The notes beneath the pieces were generated by a model. That model did no database searches. It had not been told where the DNA came from and saw nothing but the letters and a program-made list of their open reading frames with translations. A program made the translations under genes and the position numbers. From positions 1 to 49,868 of the IMG/VR virus record IMGVR_UViG_3300014655_000001: a DNA stretch of 49,868 nucleotides. One strand, given 5' to 3'. How positions within the stretch are numbered: position 1 is the stretch's first letter; each line of letters starts with the position of its first letter. Shown one piece after another: positions 19,670 to 28,150 of this stretch. Source of the DNA: a virus (Duplodnaviria > Caudoviricetes).

Positions 19670-21544
19670 CTAAGCCACAGCGGCCTGCATCCGCTTCAAA
19701 TACTGCGCCTTCTGCTTTGCCAGGAAGTCTCCAATCTTCTCCTCTGACACAGTATCAAACTTCCAAATCTGCGGGCCATAGCTTAGTACATCCAGTAAAT
19801 CAATCAGGCCCTTCCGCTGACCAAAGTTTTCTGCTTCTTCTTTAAACTCCGCGCAGTTATTAACATCCAACCAAAGTTCCTTAGCTTCGATTGTAGGAAT
19901 GAAGTTCTCAATCCTCTCTGCCTTCGCTCCTGCTGCATTGCTGCTCTTCAGTGGCTCAAACCTTATGCCAGCAATCTCTGGTTGTACGTACTTGTAATCC
20001 GTTACAAACTCGTTCAAGTGATAAAGCAAGTACTTCTGCGAGGCCACCGCTTCTACATATACTACGCGCAGCTTCCACTTCACTGCCATGAAGAAAATCT
20101 GCTTTACAAACTCCTTAATGGGACAAGCCTTAGCCCACTGATCCAGGAGATAAACTCTACGAGGATCACGAGAGACGCCAGTAACAGCGATAGCATGACG
20201 ACAACGGCCGTCTTTACCAACGTCTTGTCCAAGATGTGATCCTCCGTGGTTAGGATCAACTGTCATGTAACGATCTATGTTACGTGGAAAAATGTCTTTT
20301 TCTACATCACCTTCGGCTACATGATGCCGAATCGTGATTCTGTACTGCTGCGGCTTGGCTACACCAAAGATACGATACGCCATCTCGCTTTCTTTGGGAA
20401 TTGCTAGTGCACCTGTTACTTTCTCGAAGTGGAAGTAGCGTAAGTCTGCGAGATTTATCTTCGCCTTAGAGGGATCAATAGGATAATTGAGGAACTGACA
20501 ACTAAAATGATAGCTGCCAAGACGACGCTTCCATCTAAGTAACTTCTCACGGGTAAATGCCTCTGGAAATATTGGCTCACCGAAAGGATGCAGAGCACAA
20601 CAACCACCGAGTGCACTGTGAGTCGTCCAAGAAAAGTAAGGTTCTTCTTGACGAATGTGAGAATTAAGATCATCATGACTCCATCTATTACCTACTACGA
20701 TTTCATCAAAATCTCTGCCTGGATTGTTCGGATCGCTATCCGTTGCACCAACCAGAATCTGATGGTAGTCAATGGTGTCAGCCATAACAATCGAGGACTT
20801 ACGTGCTTCTCTACCCACCAAATCATCCTGCACGACCACGTTATAGTGGCGAGATTGAAGAGCAGCGCCAACACCAATAAAGTCGAAGGTTCCTTCACCC
20901 TGTCCGCGGCCTGCTGGAGTTCTGCGTTGGTGTAGTGATTCATTCGTCCACGTTTCCTTCTCTGTCGGGATTATTTCTGGAAACAAGTACCTGAAGAACT
21001 CAGTATTCTGATAGTGGTTCGAGATTCTAGTACCCAACTTGATAGCGTTCTTGATTGTCTCAGAAACAAGGAGGATACGGATATCTTGTGAGTGTGTCCT
21101 ACGCATCCATTCAACATAGAGATCAGAGTACCCAACGTTACTAAAGAGGTCTTCTTCCCTGTGACCAAAAGGTAATGCTCTCCAGATCGGAAAAGCTTCG
21201 GAGTACACTGTGCTTTTGAAGTGGTCACGTGGTATCTCGATTCCTTCTTTGAGTCCATCCTTCATTACTGTAAGACACATTTGGTAGTGCAGGTTCTTGG
21301 CTTTATCAGGATTCTGCGAGAAGCGTGACTTACCAAGCACTACAGTAGCGAAGTAGTACAAATCCATCAGCGCGTTCATTTTGTAGGCTACTTTCTTAGT
21401 TTCCCGATCTGAAATCGCATCAGGTGGGACTAGATTGTAACCTAAGATCGTAGAACGCGGTACGAAAGTATTACCCGTCTCTCCTACTTCGAGAGCGCGG
21501 AGAGTATCTCGTACCTTTTGTTCTACTTCACGCTGAGAAGACAC
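19670..21544 (-). CDS. terL: Terminase large subunit
   Basis: Deviant Walker A PRDHFKST, Walker B VVVQDDLV, coupling motif VGNRW-x-x-DDL, and nuclease acidic residues TVDP, YVEAV, DLLDVLSY. Confidence 0.9.
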   Translation of the reverse strand: MSSQREVEQKVRDTLRALEVGETGNTFVPRSTILGYNLVPPDAISDRETKKVAYKMNALMDLYYFATVVLGKSRFSQNPDKAKNLHYQMCLTVMKDGLKEGIEIPRDHFKSTVYSEAFPIWRALPFGHREEDLFSNVGYSDLYVEWMRRTHSQDIRILLVSETIKNAIKLGTRISNHYQNTEFFRYLFPEIIPTEKETWTNESLHQRRTPAGRGQGEGTFDFIGVGAALQSRHYNVVVQDDLVGREARKSSIVMADTIDYHQILVGATDSDPNNPGRDFDEIVVGNRWSHDDLNSHIRQEEPYFSWTTHSALGGCCALHPFGEPIFPEAFTREKLLRWKRRLGSYHFSCQFLNYPIDPSKAKINLADLRYFHFEKVTGALAIPKESEMAYRIFGVAKPQQYRITIRHHVAEGDVEKDIFPRNIDRYMTVDPNHGGSHLGQDVGKDGRCRHAIAVTGVSRDPRRVYLLDQWAKACPIKEFVKQIFFMAVKWKLRVVYVEAVASQKYLLYHLNEFVTDYKYVQPEIAGIRFEPLKSSNAAGAKAERIENFIPTIEAKELWLDVNNCAEFKEEAENFGQRKGLIDLLDVLSYGPQIWKFDTVSEEKIGDFLAKQKAQYLKRMQAAVA

Positions 21545-21553
21545 TTTTCACCT

Positions 21554-21820
21554 TTACGAAGTGGCGCCACGAAGCGCCGCCACTTCCTCTGAGATACCAT
21601 TAACGATGGTGCTAGCAGGAATAAAGAGTGGCTTTTTGAGGCACTGGATGTTCAGTACAGCGGCGACAGGATCGTAGGTGTACTGAAAAGTGAAGCTGCC
21701 ATGCTCTACTGTACCAATGTTTCCCTCTATGTCGATGCCTATGTCCTGCTTGATCTTGGCAGCGAAAGCACTAAACATAGTGGGAGTAAAAGTATTAAAT
21801 GTCTGCATTTGTAAAGCCAT
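21554..21820 (-). CDS. Hypothetical protein
   Basis: 88 aa with AAGGAG SD. Confidence 0.7.
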   Translation of the reverse strand: MALQMQTFNTFTPTMFSAFAAKIKQDIGIDIEGNIGTVEHGSFTFQYTYDPVAAVLNIQCLKKPLFIPASTIVNGISEEVAALRGATS

Positions 21821-21838
21821 GCGAGTTCTCCTTCCTGA

Positions 21839-22258
21839 TTAGAGGAGCGTACCTGTAGAGGCTTGGGTGGTGACGCTAGTAGGAGAGATACTAACTGCTG
21901 TGGCTCCCGGAGCAGGAATTGCATTCAGCGTGGCTACGACGGCGCTGATGTAGTTCTCGATGACTTGGAGAGTGGGAGTCGAACCGTACTGTTGCGTATA
22001 CCACTGCACGAAGACGGGTTCGATTTCCTGCACAGCCATTGAAAGCTTGGCAGCGCCGGTGCCAGACTGTGCACCAACTGCTAGGGCAAGACCTTCAGCC
22101 TTCACTACAGCACCCACAGTCAGATTATAGACCGCAGCAATTCCAGGAAAAGCCACATCAATGATTGGCTCAGCGGCTACTGCTGCGTTAGTAGCAATAG
22201 GGAATACCTTCTTGAGAACTGCCCCGATATCTGAGAGAATTGATTTGAAAGATGCCAT
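21839..22258 (-). CDS. Hypothetical membrane-associated protein, holin-like
   Basis: 139 aa. AV-x-x-AE...G-x-G-x-x-KL...I-x-A-x-V resembles LL-H-type holin C-termini. Confidence 0.45.
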   Translation of the reverse strand: MASFKSILSDIGAVLKKVFPIATNAAVAAEPIIDVAFPGIAAVYNLTVGAVVKAEGLALAVGAQSGTGAAKLSMAVQEIEPVFVQWYTQQYGSTPTLQVIENYISAVVATLNAIPAPGATAVSISPTSVTTQASTGTLL

Positions 22259-22268
22259 CGTAAGCTCC

Positions 22269-22667
22269 TTAAAGTTCGTTAACAGTTGTGTCGTAGTGAT
22301 CCCAGTTTACACCGAGTTCAGCAGCTACAGCTTTCTCTACGACTGTAGCAAACTTATGCTCTTCATAGTACGGTGCGGCGGAATCAAAACCGGGTTCGTC
22401 AAAGTTTCCAGGCATTCTATTAGCTTCAAAGTCCTTGTCAAATGCTGTGATGCTTTCTTCTGAGATGCCGTGTTTCAGGCAGAGGTACATTTCTACTAGT
22501 TCGTGAAGTGCTACTAAAAACTCGTAATCCCTGTTCTGCATCTCAGAGACTCTAATCTCATGGCGCGTGGGGAAGACTTCGCGCCCCGGCTCCTCCCAGT
22601 AGTCCCCAACTGTAGGGTAACGCTGCTCCGCGTGGGGAATTGTATCAATATATATGTGCAGCGACAT
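22269..22667 (-). CDS. Hypothetical metal-binding protein
   Basis: 132 aa, acidic, with a HELVE motif and a downstream H-x-x-A-x-x-x-E. Confidence 0.65.
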   Translation of the reverse strand: MSLHIYIDTIPHAEQRYPTVGDYWEEPGREVFPTRHEIRVSEMQNRDYEFLVALHELVEMYLCLKHGISEESITAFDKDFEANRMPGNFDEPGFDSAAPYYEEHKFATVVEKAVAAELGVNWDHYDTTVNEL

Positions 22668-22669
22668 GA

Positions 22670-22915
22670 CTACATTCCTTCGGGGCGTTTGTGGAGGCCG
22701 ACAGCAAACAGAAGTGATGCCAAATCATCAACATGCAAACAATCGCACAGGCAAGCATATTCGTTTAGCTGTTGGACTACAGCAATACTGCCGTTACAGT
22801 AATCATTTCCCGGCACCGCGCTGTACAATACACCAAAAGCTTCTACTTTACCGTCAGTGCTAAGCCTAACGAGCTTGTCACCATTCTTAGCTTCGCGTCC
22901 GTTTCTGTAGTGCAT
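22670..22915 (-). CDS. Hypothetical protein
   Basis: 81 aa with AAGGAG SD, starting MHYRNGREAKNGD. Confidence 0.7.
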   Translation of the reverse strand: MHYRNGREAKNGDKLVRLSTDGKVEAFGVLYSAVPGNDYCNGSIAVVQQLNEYACLCDCLHVDDLASLLFAVGLHKRPEGM

Positions 22916-22924
22916 ATATTCTCC

Positions 22925-23665
22925 TTAGTTCGCGGGCTTGTTTAAGTCAATTCCGGCGAGAAGCGCCTCGGCTTCAAGCTGTGCAAGTGCTTTCTCTTGA
23001 TCGGTTTGGGAGAGGGTGTGGGAGTTTGAAAAGGCTTCGTTTGCCTTTACAGCCTCTATTGTGTGAGCACCAAATGGCGCAATGAAATCACCGTTCTCAT
23101 CAAGCTGTGGCGGAGCCGCTGTTGCTGTGAGCGCGGCGATGATACCCTGTGAGGCTTTATCGTACTTCTCAAACTCAAAGTGATCCACCGGCTTAATCTC
23201 TGCACGACTGATTTTAGCAAAGGTTCCCTCCCTGTCTAGGAGGTCTTGTGCTACCTGGGTCTGGTGTCTACGCTCGGCGAGTGTGATAGCAGGACGTTGG
23301 AGTTCTTCCATCAGGCAGCGTAGGGCAGGAGGGAGGGCGTTAGTGAGAATTTCCTTACGCTGTTCTTTGATTACTGAGAGTTCCTTGTCCCAGTCTATAA
23401 TAATGCCGTGCGTGAGCTTCGCTCGCACTATGAGATAGTCGGGCTGTTTTTTGAGGTAGCGTAGGCGTGGCACAGAGATACACAGCATAGCTGCACTAGC
23501 AGCTTCCGAGAATCCTGCATTCTCCAGGCGCACTATAGTCTCAAAACGCTTCTGGGTTTTGAACTGCTTCCCAGCAGAAGGCTTCGGACCTAGGGCCGCG
23601 GTGCCGGTGTTCAGCGTGCCGCCATAGTGGAGAGTGTTCGGAAGCTTTGTAGGAGCGGTTGCCAT
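22925..23665 (-). CDS. Putative terminase small subunit (HTH)
   Basis: 246 aa with a HTH-like segment GFSEAASAAMLCISVPRL. First large gene of the late operon. Confidence 0.5.
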   Translation of the reverse strand: MATAPTKLPNTLHYGGTLNTGTAALGPKPSAGKQFKTQKRFETIVRLENAGFSEAASAAMLCISVPRLRYLKKQPDYLIVRAKLTHGIIIDWDKELSVIKEQRKEILTNALPPALRCLMEELQRPAITLAERRHQTQVAQDLLDREGTFAKISRAEIKPVDHFEFEKYDKASQGIIAALTATAAPPQLDENGDFIAPFGAHTIEAVKANEAFSNSHTLSQTDQEKALAQLEAEALLAGIDLNKPAN

Positions 23666-23866
23666 TTATATATCATCTCTCTGTGCACAAGCTATCGCGG
23701 CGATCTCATCGCATGGGCGCGGTTCAGTAACACCGCTGTACAGTTCTAGATGCCGAAGTAAAGCACGCCGCAGCGGACTAGGCTCGGCGTACCGCGTATA
23801 TTCGTGTGAGCCATTCACAATCGCCGCTGCTGTATCATCTGGCTCGGAGATACACATCTCGCCCAT
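23666..23866 (-). CDS. Small hypothetical protein, probably leaderless
   Basis: 66 aa. The ATG is 6 nt after a -10 box and the stop abuts the next start. Confidence 0.5.
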   Translation of the reverse strand: MGEMCISEPDDTAAAIVNGSHEYTRYAEPSPLRRALLRHLELYSGVTEPRPCDEIAAIACAQRDDI

Positions 23867-23872
23867 GCTTCA

Positions 23873-23901
23873 AGACTACCACGCTTCTCGCGGCGTGTCA
23901 A
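23873..23901 (-). promoter_or_regulatory. Sigma70-type promoter for the late operon
   Basis: TTGACA-17-TAGTCT on the minus strand. Confidence 0.7.
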
Positions 23902-24117
23902 TAGCTCAGAGACTAATTCTATAGCGAAAAATAGCTAGGAGGAGGACGTATACACCTGCCTCCCAGAATTCCCTCGCCGCGCCCAGGCGATTATATAGTT
24001 TATGTTTATAGATGCTATGACCATGCTATATCCTACAGCCTTAGATGTGAAAAAGTGTAAAAAATTAGTAAGAGCGTCCCCCCACAATTCTGTCGCGTCG
24101 CGCGATTTTTAGGCGGA

Positions 24118-24181
24118 GGTACCAATGTACCACGGTAGGATGGTACATGGGTACGCTGGTAGCGTGGTACATTGGTACGAT
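24118..24181. repeat. Eight tandem degenerate 8-bp units (KGTASNNN) containing a perfect 16-bp inverted repeat
   Basis: GGTACCAA TGTACCAC GGTAGGAT GGTACATG GGTACGCT GGTAGCGT GGTACATT GGTACGAT. IR arms at 24119-24134 and 24163-24178. Confidence 0.85.
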
Positions 24182-24289
24182 GTATGCTACGATGTATGTC
24201 GTAGCATTGTAACTGTTACGCTTTGTAGCGTTACAAGCTGTAGCGATACCAGGGATGCTAGTTACTAAGTAGTAAACATTTGACAGCCA

Positions 24290-24298
24290 TGCTATACT
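24290..24298 (+). promoter_or_regulatory. Extended -10 early promoter
   Basis: TGcTATACT upstream of the AAGGAGG SD of the first plus-strand gene. Confidence 0.5.
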
Positions 24299-24341
24299 GT
24301 AGATGACGCCGAAGGGATAGGCGCAAGGAGGATTACCACAC

Positions 24342-24656
24342 ATGCCAGTATCACAGCGTGACGCTGATACCATGCTAGAAGAGTTCTTGGCACAGCGCGA
24401 AGTTACCAAGATCAGACGCGGTGCGAAAGGACCGAAACAACCTAGCACCAAACCGGACCCGCTAGAGCGTACAGAGTATGCGCCTGATAACAGTCGCATC
24501 GGGAATGACTCACGCGGTCTACAGTCTGATACCCTAGTCGGACGCATGTTCGATTTAGGCTATCCGCAGCAAGCTATCGCACATACGATGGTCAGTGAGT
24601 ATTTCATGGGCATGATGGGCTGTAGTGCCATCGTGCCGCAAGTCATTACACTGTAG
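24342..24656 (+). CDS. Early hypothetical protein
   Basis: 104 aa with a strong AAGGAGG SD. Confidence 0.75.
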   Translation: MPVSQRDADTMLEEFLAQREVTKIRRGAKGPKQPSTKPDPLERTEYAPDNSRIGNDSRGLQSDTLVGRMFDLGYPQQAIAHTMVSEYFMGMMGCSAIVPQVITL

Positions 24657-24665
24657 CTCATAGCT

Positions 24666-24716
24666 ACAGCAAAGCCCTAGAGTGTGGCTTATGTCACGTT
24701 GCTAGGGCTTTGCTGT
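24666..24716 (+). other. Long intergenic stem-loop (possible RNase III-type processing site)
   Basis: Perfect 15-bp IR ACAGCAAAGCCCTAG / CTAGGGCTTTGCTGT between two early genes, with no U-tract. Confidence 0.6.
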
Positions 24717-24742
24717 GTCTACTGACACATCATGGAGAAAGC

Positions 24743-25255
24743 ATGTCAACTGGCAAGGAACAAACTCCCATCGTTGAAGTACCCGCGTCACAGGACGCAG
24801 CGCCAGTCACTCCGGTGACGGTGTTCAATCCGTTCGAGAAACTCAGTGCAGAGCAACTCACTGCACTGGCCGGTTCCTTCAATAAGCAGTGGCGTGACGC
24901 ACATAGCATGGCGATTGCGCTTGCACAGACTGAATTTCAGATCAGCGAGAACGATGCCACATTCTACGCTTGGCTTCAGTCCGAAGCCGAGAACGTGCTG
25001 GACCGTAACACGGTGGCGAGTGCTGTTAAGTACATCGGCAACATGCTTGAGGGAGTGGCATTTCCTAAGAGCACCGCCGTTTCACTGGGATTGATCGAAA
25101 CGAAGTACAACGAAGTCAAAGTCAGCCTGCGCAAGACCATCGGGATTCGGGTGCGGGATTATGCTACCGGCCGGTGGCAGTCAGTCACCGCGCAGGGGAT
25201 TCTCGACAAAGTGTATGCCAAGTTGGGCATCACCGAAAAGGACTGGATGCGTTAG
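24743..25255 (+). CDS. Early hypothetical protein
   Basis: GGAG SD before the ATG at 24743 (MSTGKEQ); 170 aa. Confidence 0.75.
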   Translation: MSTGKEQTPIVEVPASQDAAPVTPVTVFNPFEKLSAEQLTALAGSFNKQWRDAHSMAIALAQTEFQISENDATFYAWLQSEAENVLDRNTVASAVKYIGNMLEGVAFPKSTAVSLGLIETKYNEVKVSLRKTIGIRVRDYATGRWQSVTAQGILDKVYAKLGITEKDWMR

Positions 25256-25274
25256 AGCATCCACATACCACATG

Positions 25275-25311
25275 CACAAGACAGGCACAGAACATCGTGC
25301 CTGTTTTTGTG
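25275..25311 (+). terminator. Stem-loop with U-tract (terminator or processing stem)
   Basis: ACAGGCAC / GTGCCTGT followed by TTTTG. The stem extends to about 14 bp. Confidence 0.55.
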
Positions 25312-25336
25312 TGAATCCAGTAGCGTTGTCGTAGGA

Positions 25337-25400
25337 CTCCGAAACGTAGACTGTCGTGAGATAGACTACGTATACAGATTAATTCTGTACTGACGAGGAG
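25337..25400 (+). ncRNA. Hammerhead ribozyme (type II, open stem II)
   Basis: CTCC-GAAA-stem III (ACGTAG/CTACGT plus CTGTC-GTGA-GATAG)-GTA cut site-stem I (TACAGA/TCTGTA)-CTGACGA-GGAG. All core nucleotides are present. Confidence 0.93.
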
Positions 25401-25403
25401 AAT

Positions 25404-25634
25404 ATGACGTTTTCAAGTGATCCCGTAACGTTTGCTGGATTCCTTATCCTAAAACGTATTGAAGGATATTTGAATATCAGTGAACTGCAATGTGCCAGTG
25501 AGTTATATGACTGGTATAGTGAAGGCGGAGAGTTTATCACTAAATTTAAGTCTTCCGCCTTTGGAAAAACATATTATGACACATCTAATGTATTAGATGC
25601 CTTCTATTTCCCCTTGAAGGCGAGAGGTTACTAG
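25404..25634 (+). CDS. Early hypothetical protein
   Basis: 76 aa. Its GAGGAG SD is part of the hammerhead, and a terminator follows. Confidence 0.7.
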   Translation: MTFSSDPVTFAGFLILKRIEGYLNISELQCASELYDWYSEGGEFITKFKSSAFGKTYYDTSNVLDAFYFPLKARGY

Positions 25635-25644
25635 GTGGTAGAGG

Positions 25645-25670
25645 ATAGGAGCCTTCGGGCTCCTATTTTC
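25645..25670 (+). terminator. Rho-independent terminator
   Basis: ATAGGAGCC-TTCG-GGCTCCTAT followed by TTT; cUUCGg tetraloop. Confidence 0.75.
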
Positions 25671-25780
25671 CATATTTGTAATACTAATAGAGGGTAGACA
25701 CCGTGTGTCAATTCGTCTACACTCTCTCTGTACCTGGACTACCCTATTAAGTGCTTTAGAATGTTCTCTCTATCCTTCAC

Positions 25781-26072
25781 CCACCCTCAGTACCGTTTAA
25801 TGTCCTCTTCGATACGGATGCGCGCCCTCTCGGAAGAGGGGTGAAAATACTCTTTCGCGCTAGAAGAGAAATTAAATTATAAAGTCTTTTGTAGTTTAGA
25901 GCATAAAGAAAAATATATAAAAATAATAATATTATAATAATAAAATATATATAATTAAAAATATATACTAATAAAAATCTCTCTCTAAAAGCTCTCTTCA
26001 AAATTCAGATGTGTCTCAGCGGCGGCCCTCTAATGCGGTCGCGCAGGCACATAATTTTGACACTGAGGGTGG
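25781..26072. other. Candidate replication origin: very AT-rich core flanked by an inverted repeat
   Basis: Nearly pure A/T tract at about 25905-25978. CCACCCTCAGT (25781-25791) pairs with ACTGAGGGTGG (26062-26072). No credible ORF. Confidence 0.5.
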
Positions 26073-26141
26073 CTCGGGGTTAAATGACTGAGGACAAAAG
26101 ATTTAGGGGGGTACCCCAAGTCACCCATGTCCGGTGACAAC

Positions 26142-26171
26142 TTGACATGGGGTGCCTACCCGTTATATACT
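26142..26171 (+). promoter_or_regulatory. Sigma70-type promoter
   Basis: TTGACA-18-TATACT. Confidence 0.7.
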
Positions 26172-26190
26172 ACTCGTGAGGGTTAAACCA

Positions 26191-26850
26191 ATGCCGCGAG
26201 TAGTTCCTGAAGAAGAAATAGCAGCTATAAGAGAGTTCCAAGCCGTGCAAGCATGGCATAGAGCGGAGTGTATAGCGTTTGCTCCGTTTAAGATACATAT
26301 GAATAGGGAAGATTTAACGGATGCTGAAGCTGCGCGAGTGTTTAGAGCGCGAAAGAGGTATAAAGAAGCGTATAAAACCTTGGAGCGCGCACGTGAAAAG
26401 TTGAGGAATACGCTTATATCTCTGCGACAGCGAAATACTACATCACCGTTACCAGTGTTTGTAGAGTCAGATGAAGAATTAGGATTAGCTGATTCTCCTG
26501 ATAATATGACACTAAAATCCGCTGACATATCTCGTATACTCAAAGAACACGACGACCACGAGCGCATGAAAACTGATCCTAAGATTCAAAAGCTCTTAAA
26601 AGAGCTTAGAGAAAAACAAGGTATTAAAGACTTGCCTCTAGGTAATGAGGCTGTAACATTTGGTTCCACTGTACTAAAAGAGGTTAATGTAGAACCTGAA
26701 AAGGATATGCTTAAGCCTAATGAAATAGCTGATATGCTAGAGCCTAATGAAGTGTTGTGTATAAATTGTAAGCAACCTTATGATCCTAGCATGTCAACGT
26801 CTAACGAGATTAACAAGTATTGCTCTAAAAAATGTGAAAAAGGAGAATAA
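26191..26850 (+). CDS. Hypothetical protein with C-terminal CxxC...YCSxxC zinc finger
   Basis: ATG at 26191 after the promoter. C-terminus CINCKQPY...KYCSKKCE. Confidence 0.75.
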   Translation: MPRVVPEEEIAAIREFQAVQAWHRAECIAFAPFKIHMNREDLTDAEAARVFRARKRYKEAYKTLERAREKLRNTLISLRQRNTTSPLPVFVESDEELGLADSPDNMTLKSADISRILKEHDDHERMKTDPKIQKLLKELREKQGIKDLPLGNEAVTFGSTVLKEVNVEPEKDMLKPNEIADMLEPNEVLCINCKQPYDPSMSTSNEINKYCSKKCEKGE

Positions 26851-26855
26851 CCCCC

Positions 26856-26972
26856 ATGCTCTATATGGACGCTTCATTGCTTTTGGATATTCTCGCTGTT
26901 CCCACGTTTGTAGCGATTGTGTGTGTTATAATTGCATACATCAAAGAAACTATCAGAGGTTACACATTCTAA
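26856..26972 (+). CDS. Small single-TM protein (38 aa, not in ORF track)
   Basis: AAGGAG SD. MLYMDASLLLDILAVPTFVAIVCVIIAYIKETIRGYTF. TAATG overlap with the next gene. Confidence 0.6.
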   Translation: MLYMDASLLLDILAVPTFVAIVCVIIAYIKETIRGYTF

Positions 26973-27172
26973 TGCGAGAGACACCACGACCGCTTGATAT
27001 ACGTGAAATTCCTAGCGAGAATTTCCAACACTTCCACGCATTAACTGAAGATATCGAGGAAGAATATCTCACACTTTCACACTTGTTTGTAGAGCTTTGC
27101 ACGGGAGTTGGATGTTTGCTTTTGCTCTCAGTGATTGGGATGATGATTATACTGGTTATGCCGGTGCAGTAG
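26972..27172 (+). CDS. Small C-terminal TM protein
   Basis: MRETPRPLD..., 66 aa, hydrophobic C-terminus, coupled start. Confidence 0.6.
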   Translation: MRETPRPLDIREIPSENFQHFHALTEDIEEEYLTLSHLFVELCTGVGCLLLLSVIGMMIILVMPVQ

Positions 27173-27253
27173 CGGCGGCAACGCCGCTGTGACGTGGTAG
27201 CACATGCACAGTAATTGTAGTAACAAACATAACCTGAAAAGGAGTGTAACATA

Positions 27254-27556
27254 ATGACGGTCAAAAAAGCAACTAAAAAGTACGTGATTGTGCGTACTTA
27301 TAGTGCTGGCGTGTTTGCTGGTACTTTGGAGTCGAGAAAAGGTAAAGAAGTCGTGCTTTCTAATGCTCGTAGATTGTGGTATTGGGATGGCGCTGCTTCA
27401 TTATCACAACTCGCAATGGAAGGAACGTCGAAGCCACAAAATTGCAAGTTTCCTACGCCTGTAACCTCAATCACACTTACTGAGGCAATTGAAATTATTA
27501 ACGCTACCGAGAAAGCTAAAGTGTCGATAGAAAGTGTGAAAATATGGAAAATTTAA
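27254..27556 (+). CDS. Conserved phage Sm/SH3-like protein (DUF6948-like)
   Basis: YVIVRTYSAGVFAG...L-x-NARRLWYW-x-GAASLSQLA-x-EG, a family signature recalled from memory. Confidence 0.75.
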   Translation: MTVKKATKKYVIVRTYSAGVFAGTLESRKGKEVVLSNARRLWYWDGAASLSQLAMEGTSKPQNCKFPTPVTSITLTEAIEIINATEKAKVSIESVKIWKI

Positions 27557-27993
27557 GCTATAGCTATGGCGATGGCTTTGGCTCTAGCTCTAGCTCTGGC
27601 TTTAGCGATGGCTCTGGCGATGGCTCTGGCTCTGGCTATAGCTATGACTCTAGCTCTGGCGAGGGCTATGGCGAGGGCTTTGGCTCTAGCTCTGGCTCTG
27701 GCGATGGCTCTGGCTCTGGCTATAGCTATGACTCTAGCTCTGGCTATGGCTCTAGCTCTGGCTCTGGCTTTGGCGATGGCTCTGGTGATGGCTTTGGCTC
27801 TGGCGATGGCTCTGGTGATGGCTCTAGCTCTGACGATGGCTTTGGTTATGGCTTTGGCTCTGGCAATGGCTCTGGCTTTGACGATGGCGATGGCTTTGGC
27901 TCTGGCTATAACTATGGCTCTGGCTTTAACTCTGGCTTTGGCTATGGCTATGGCGATGGCGATGGCTCTGGCGATGGCGATGGCTCTAGCTAA
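27544..27993 (+). CDS. Gly-Ser/Asp/Tyr dipeptide-repeat protein
   Basis: 149 aa of (G-x)n encoded by hexamer repeats such as GGCTCT and GGCGAT. It is the usual neighbour of the upstream family. Confidence 0.65.
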   Translation: MENLSYSYGDGFGSSSSSGFSDGSGDGSGSGYSYDSSSGEGYGEGFGSSSGSGDGSGSGYSYDSSSGYGSSSGSGFGDGSGDGFGSGDGSGDGSSSDDGFGYGFGSGNGSGFDDGDGFGSGYNYGSGFNSGFGYGYGDGDGSGDGDGSS

Positions 27994-28150
27994 TTGTAAA
28001 TGTGGGCATTCACAATCAAAGCATTACAAGTTATATGGAACTTGTGATGCTCAAGACCCAATACTAGGCAAAACATGTGAATGCCCATATTTTCAAAACG
28101 CAGAGCCAGAAAAATTAGCGTCACCAGAGCAGCAAGAGGAAAAGAACTGA
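27980..28150 (+). CDS. Small Cys/His zinc-binding protein (56 aa)
   Basis: MALANCKCGHSQSKH...C...CECPYF, starting at the last ATG of the repeat tract. Confidence 0.6.
   Translation: MALANCKCGHSQSKHYKLYGTCDAQDPILGKTCECPYFQNAEPEKLASPEQQEEKN

Noticed and set aside
24118-24260. CRISPR array
   Set aside because: The units are 8 bp, contiguous and have no spacers. The Cas4-like gene is a standalone phage exonuclease.
24065-24547. 160-aa minus-strand ORF
   Set aside because: It is antisense to a gene with a strong SD and runs through the repeat array, so it is likely spurious.
25777-26001. 74-aa hydrophobic ORF
   Set aside because: It is a translation of the AT-rich tract and has no SD.
27566-27979. 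194-aa poly-(Ala-Leu/Met) membrane protein
   Set aside because: It is a shadow frame of the Gly-x hexamer repeat. Only the part from 27980 looks like a real protein.
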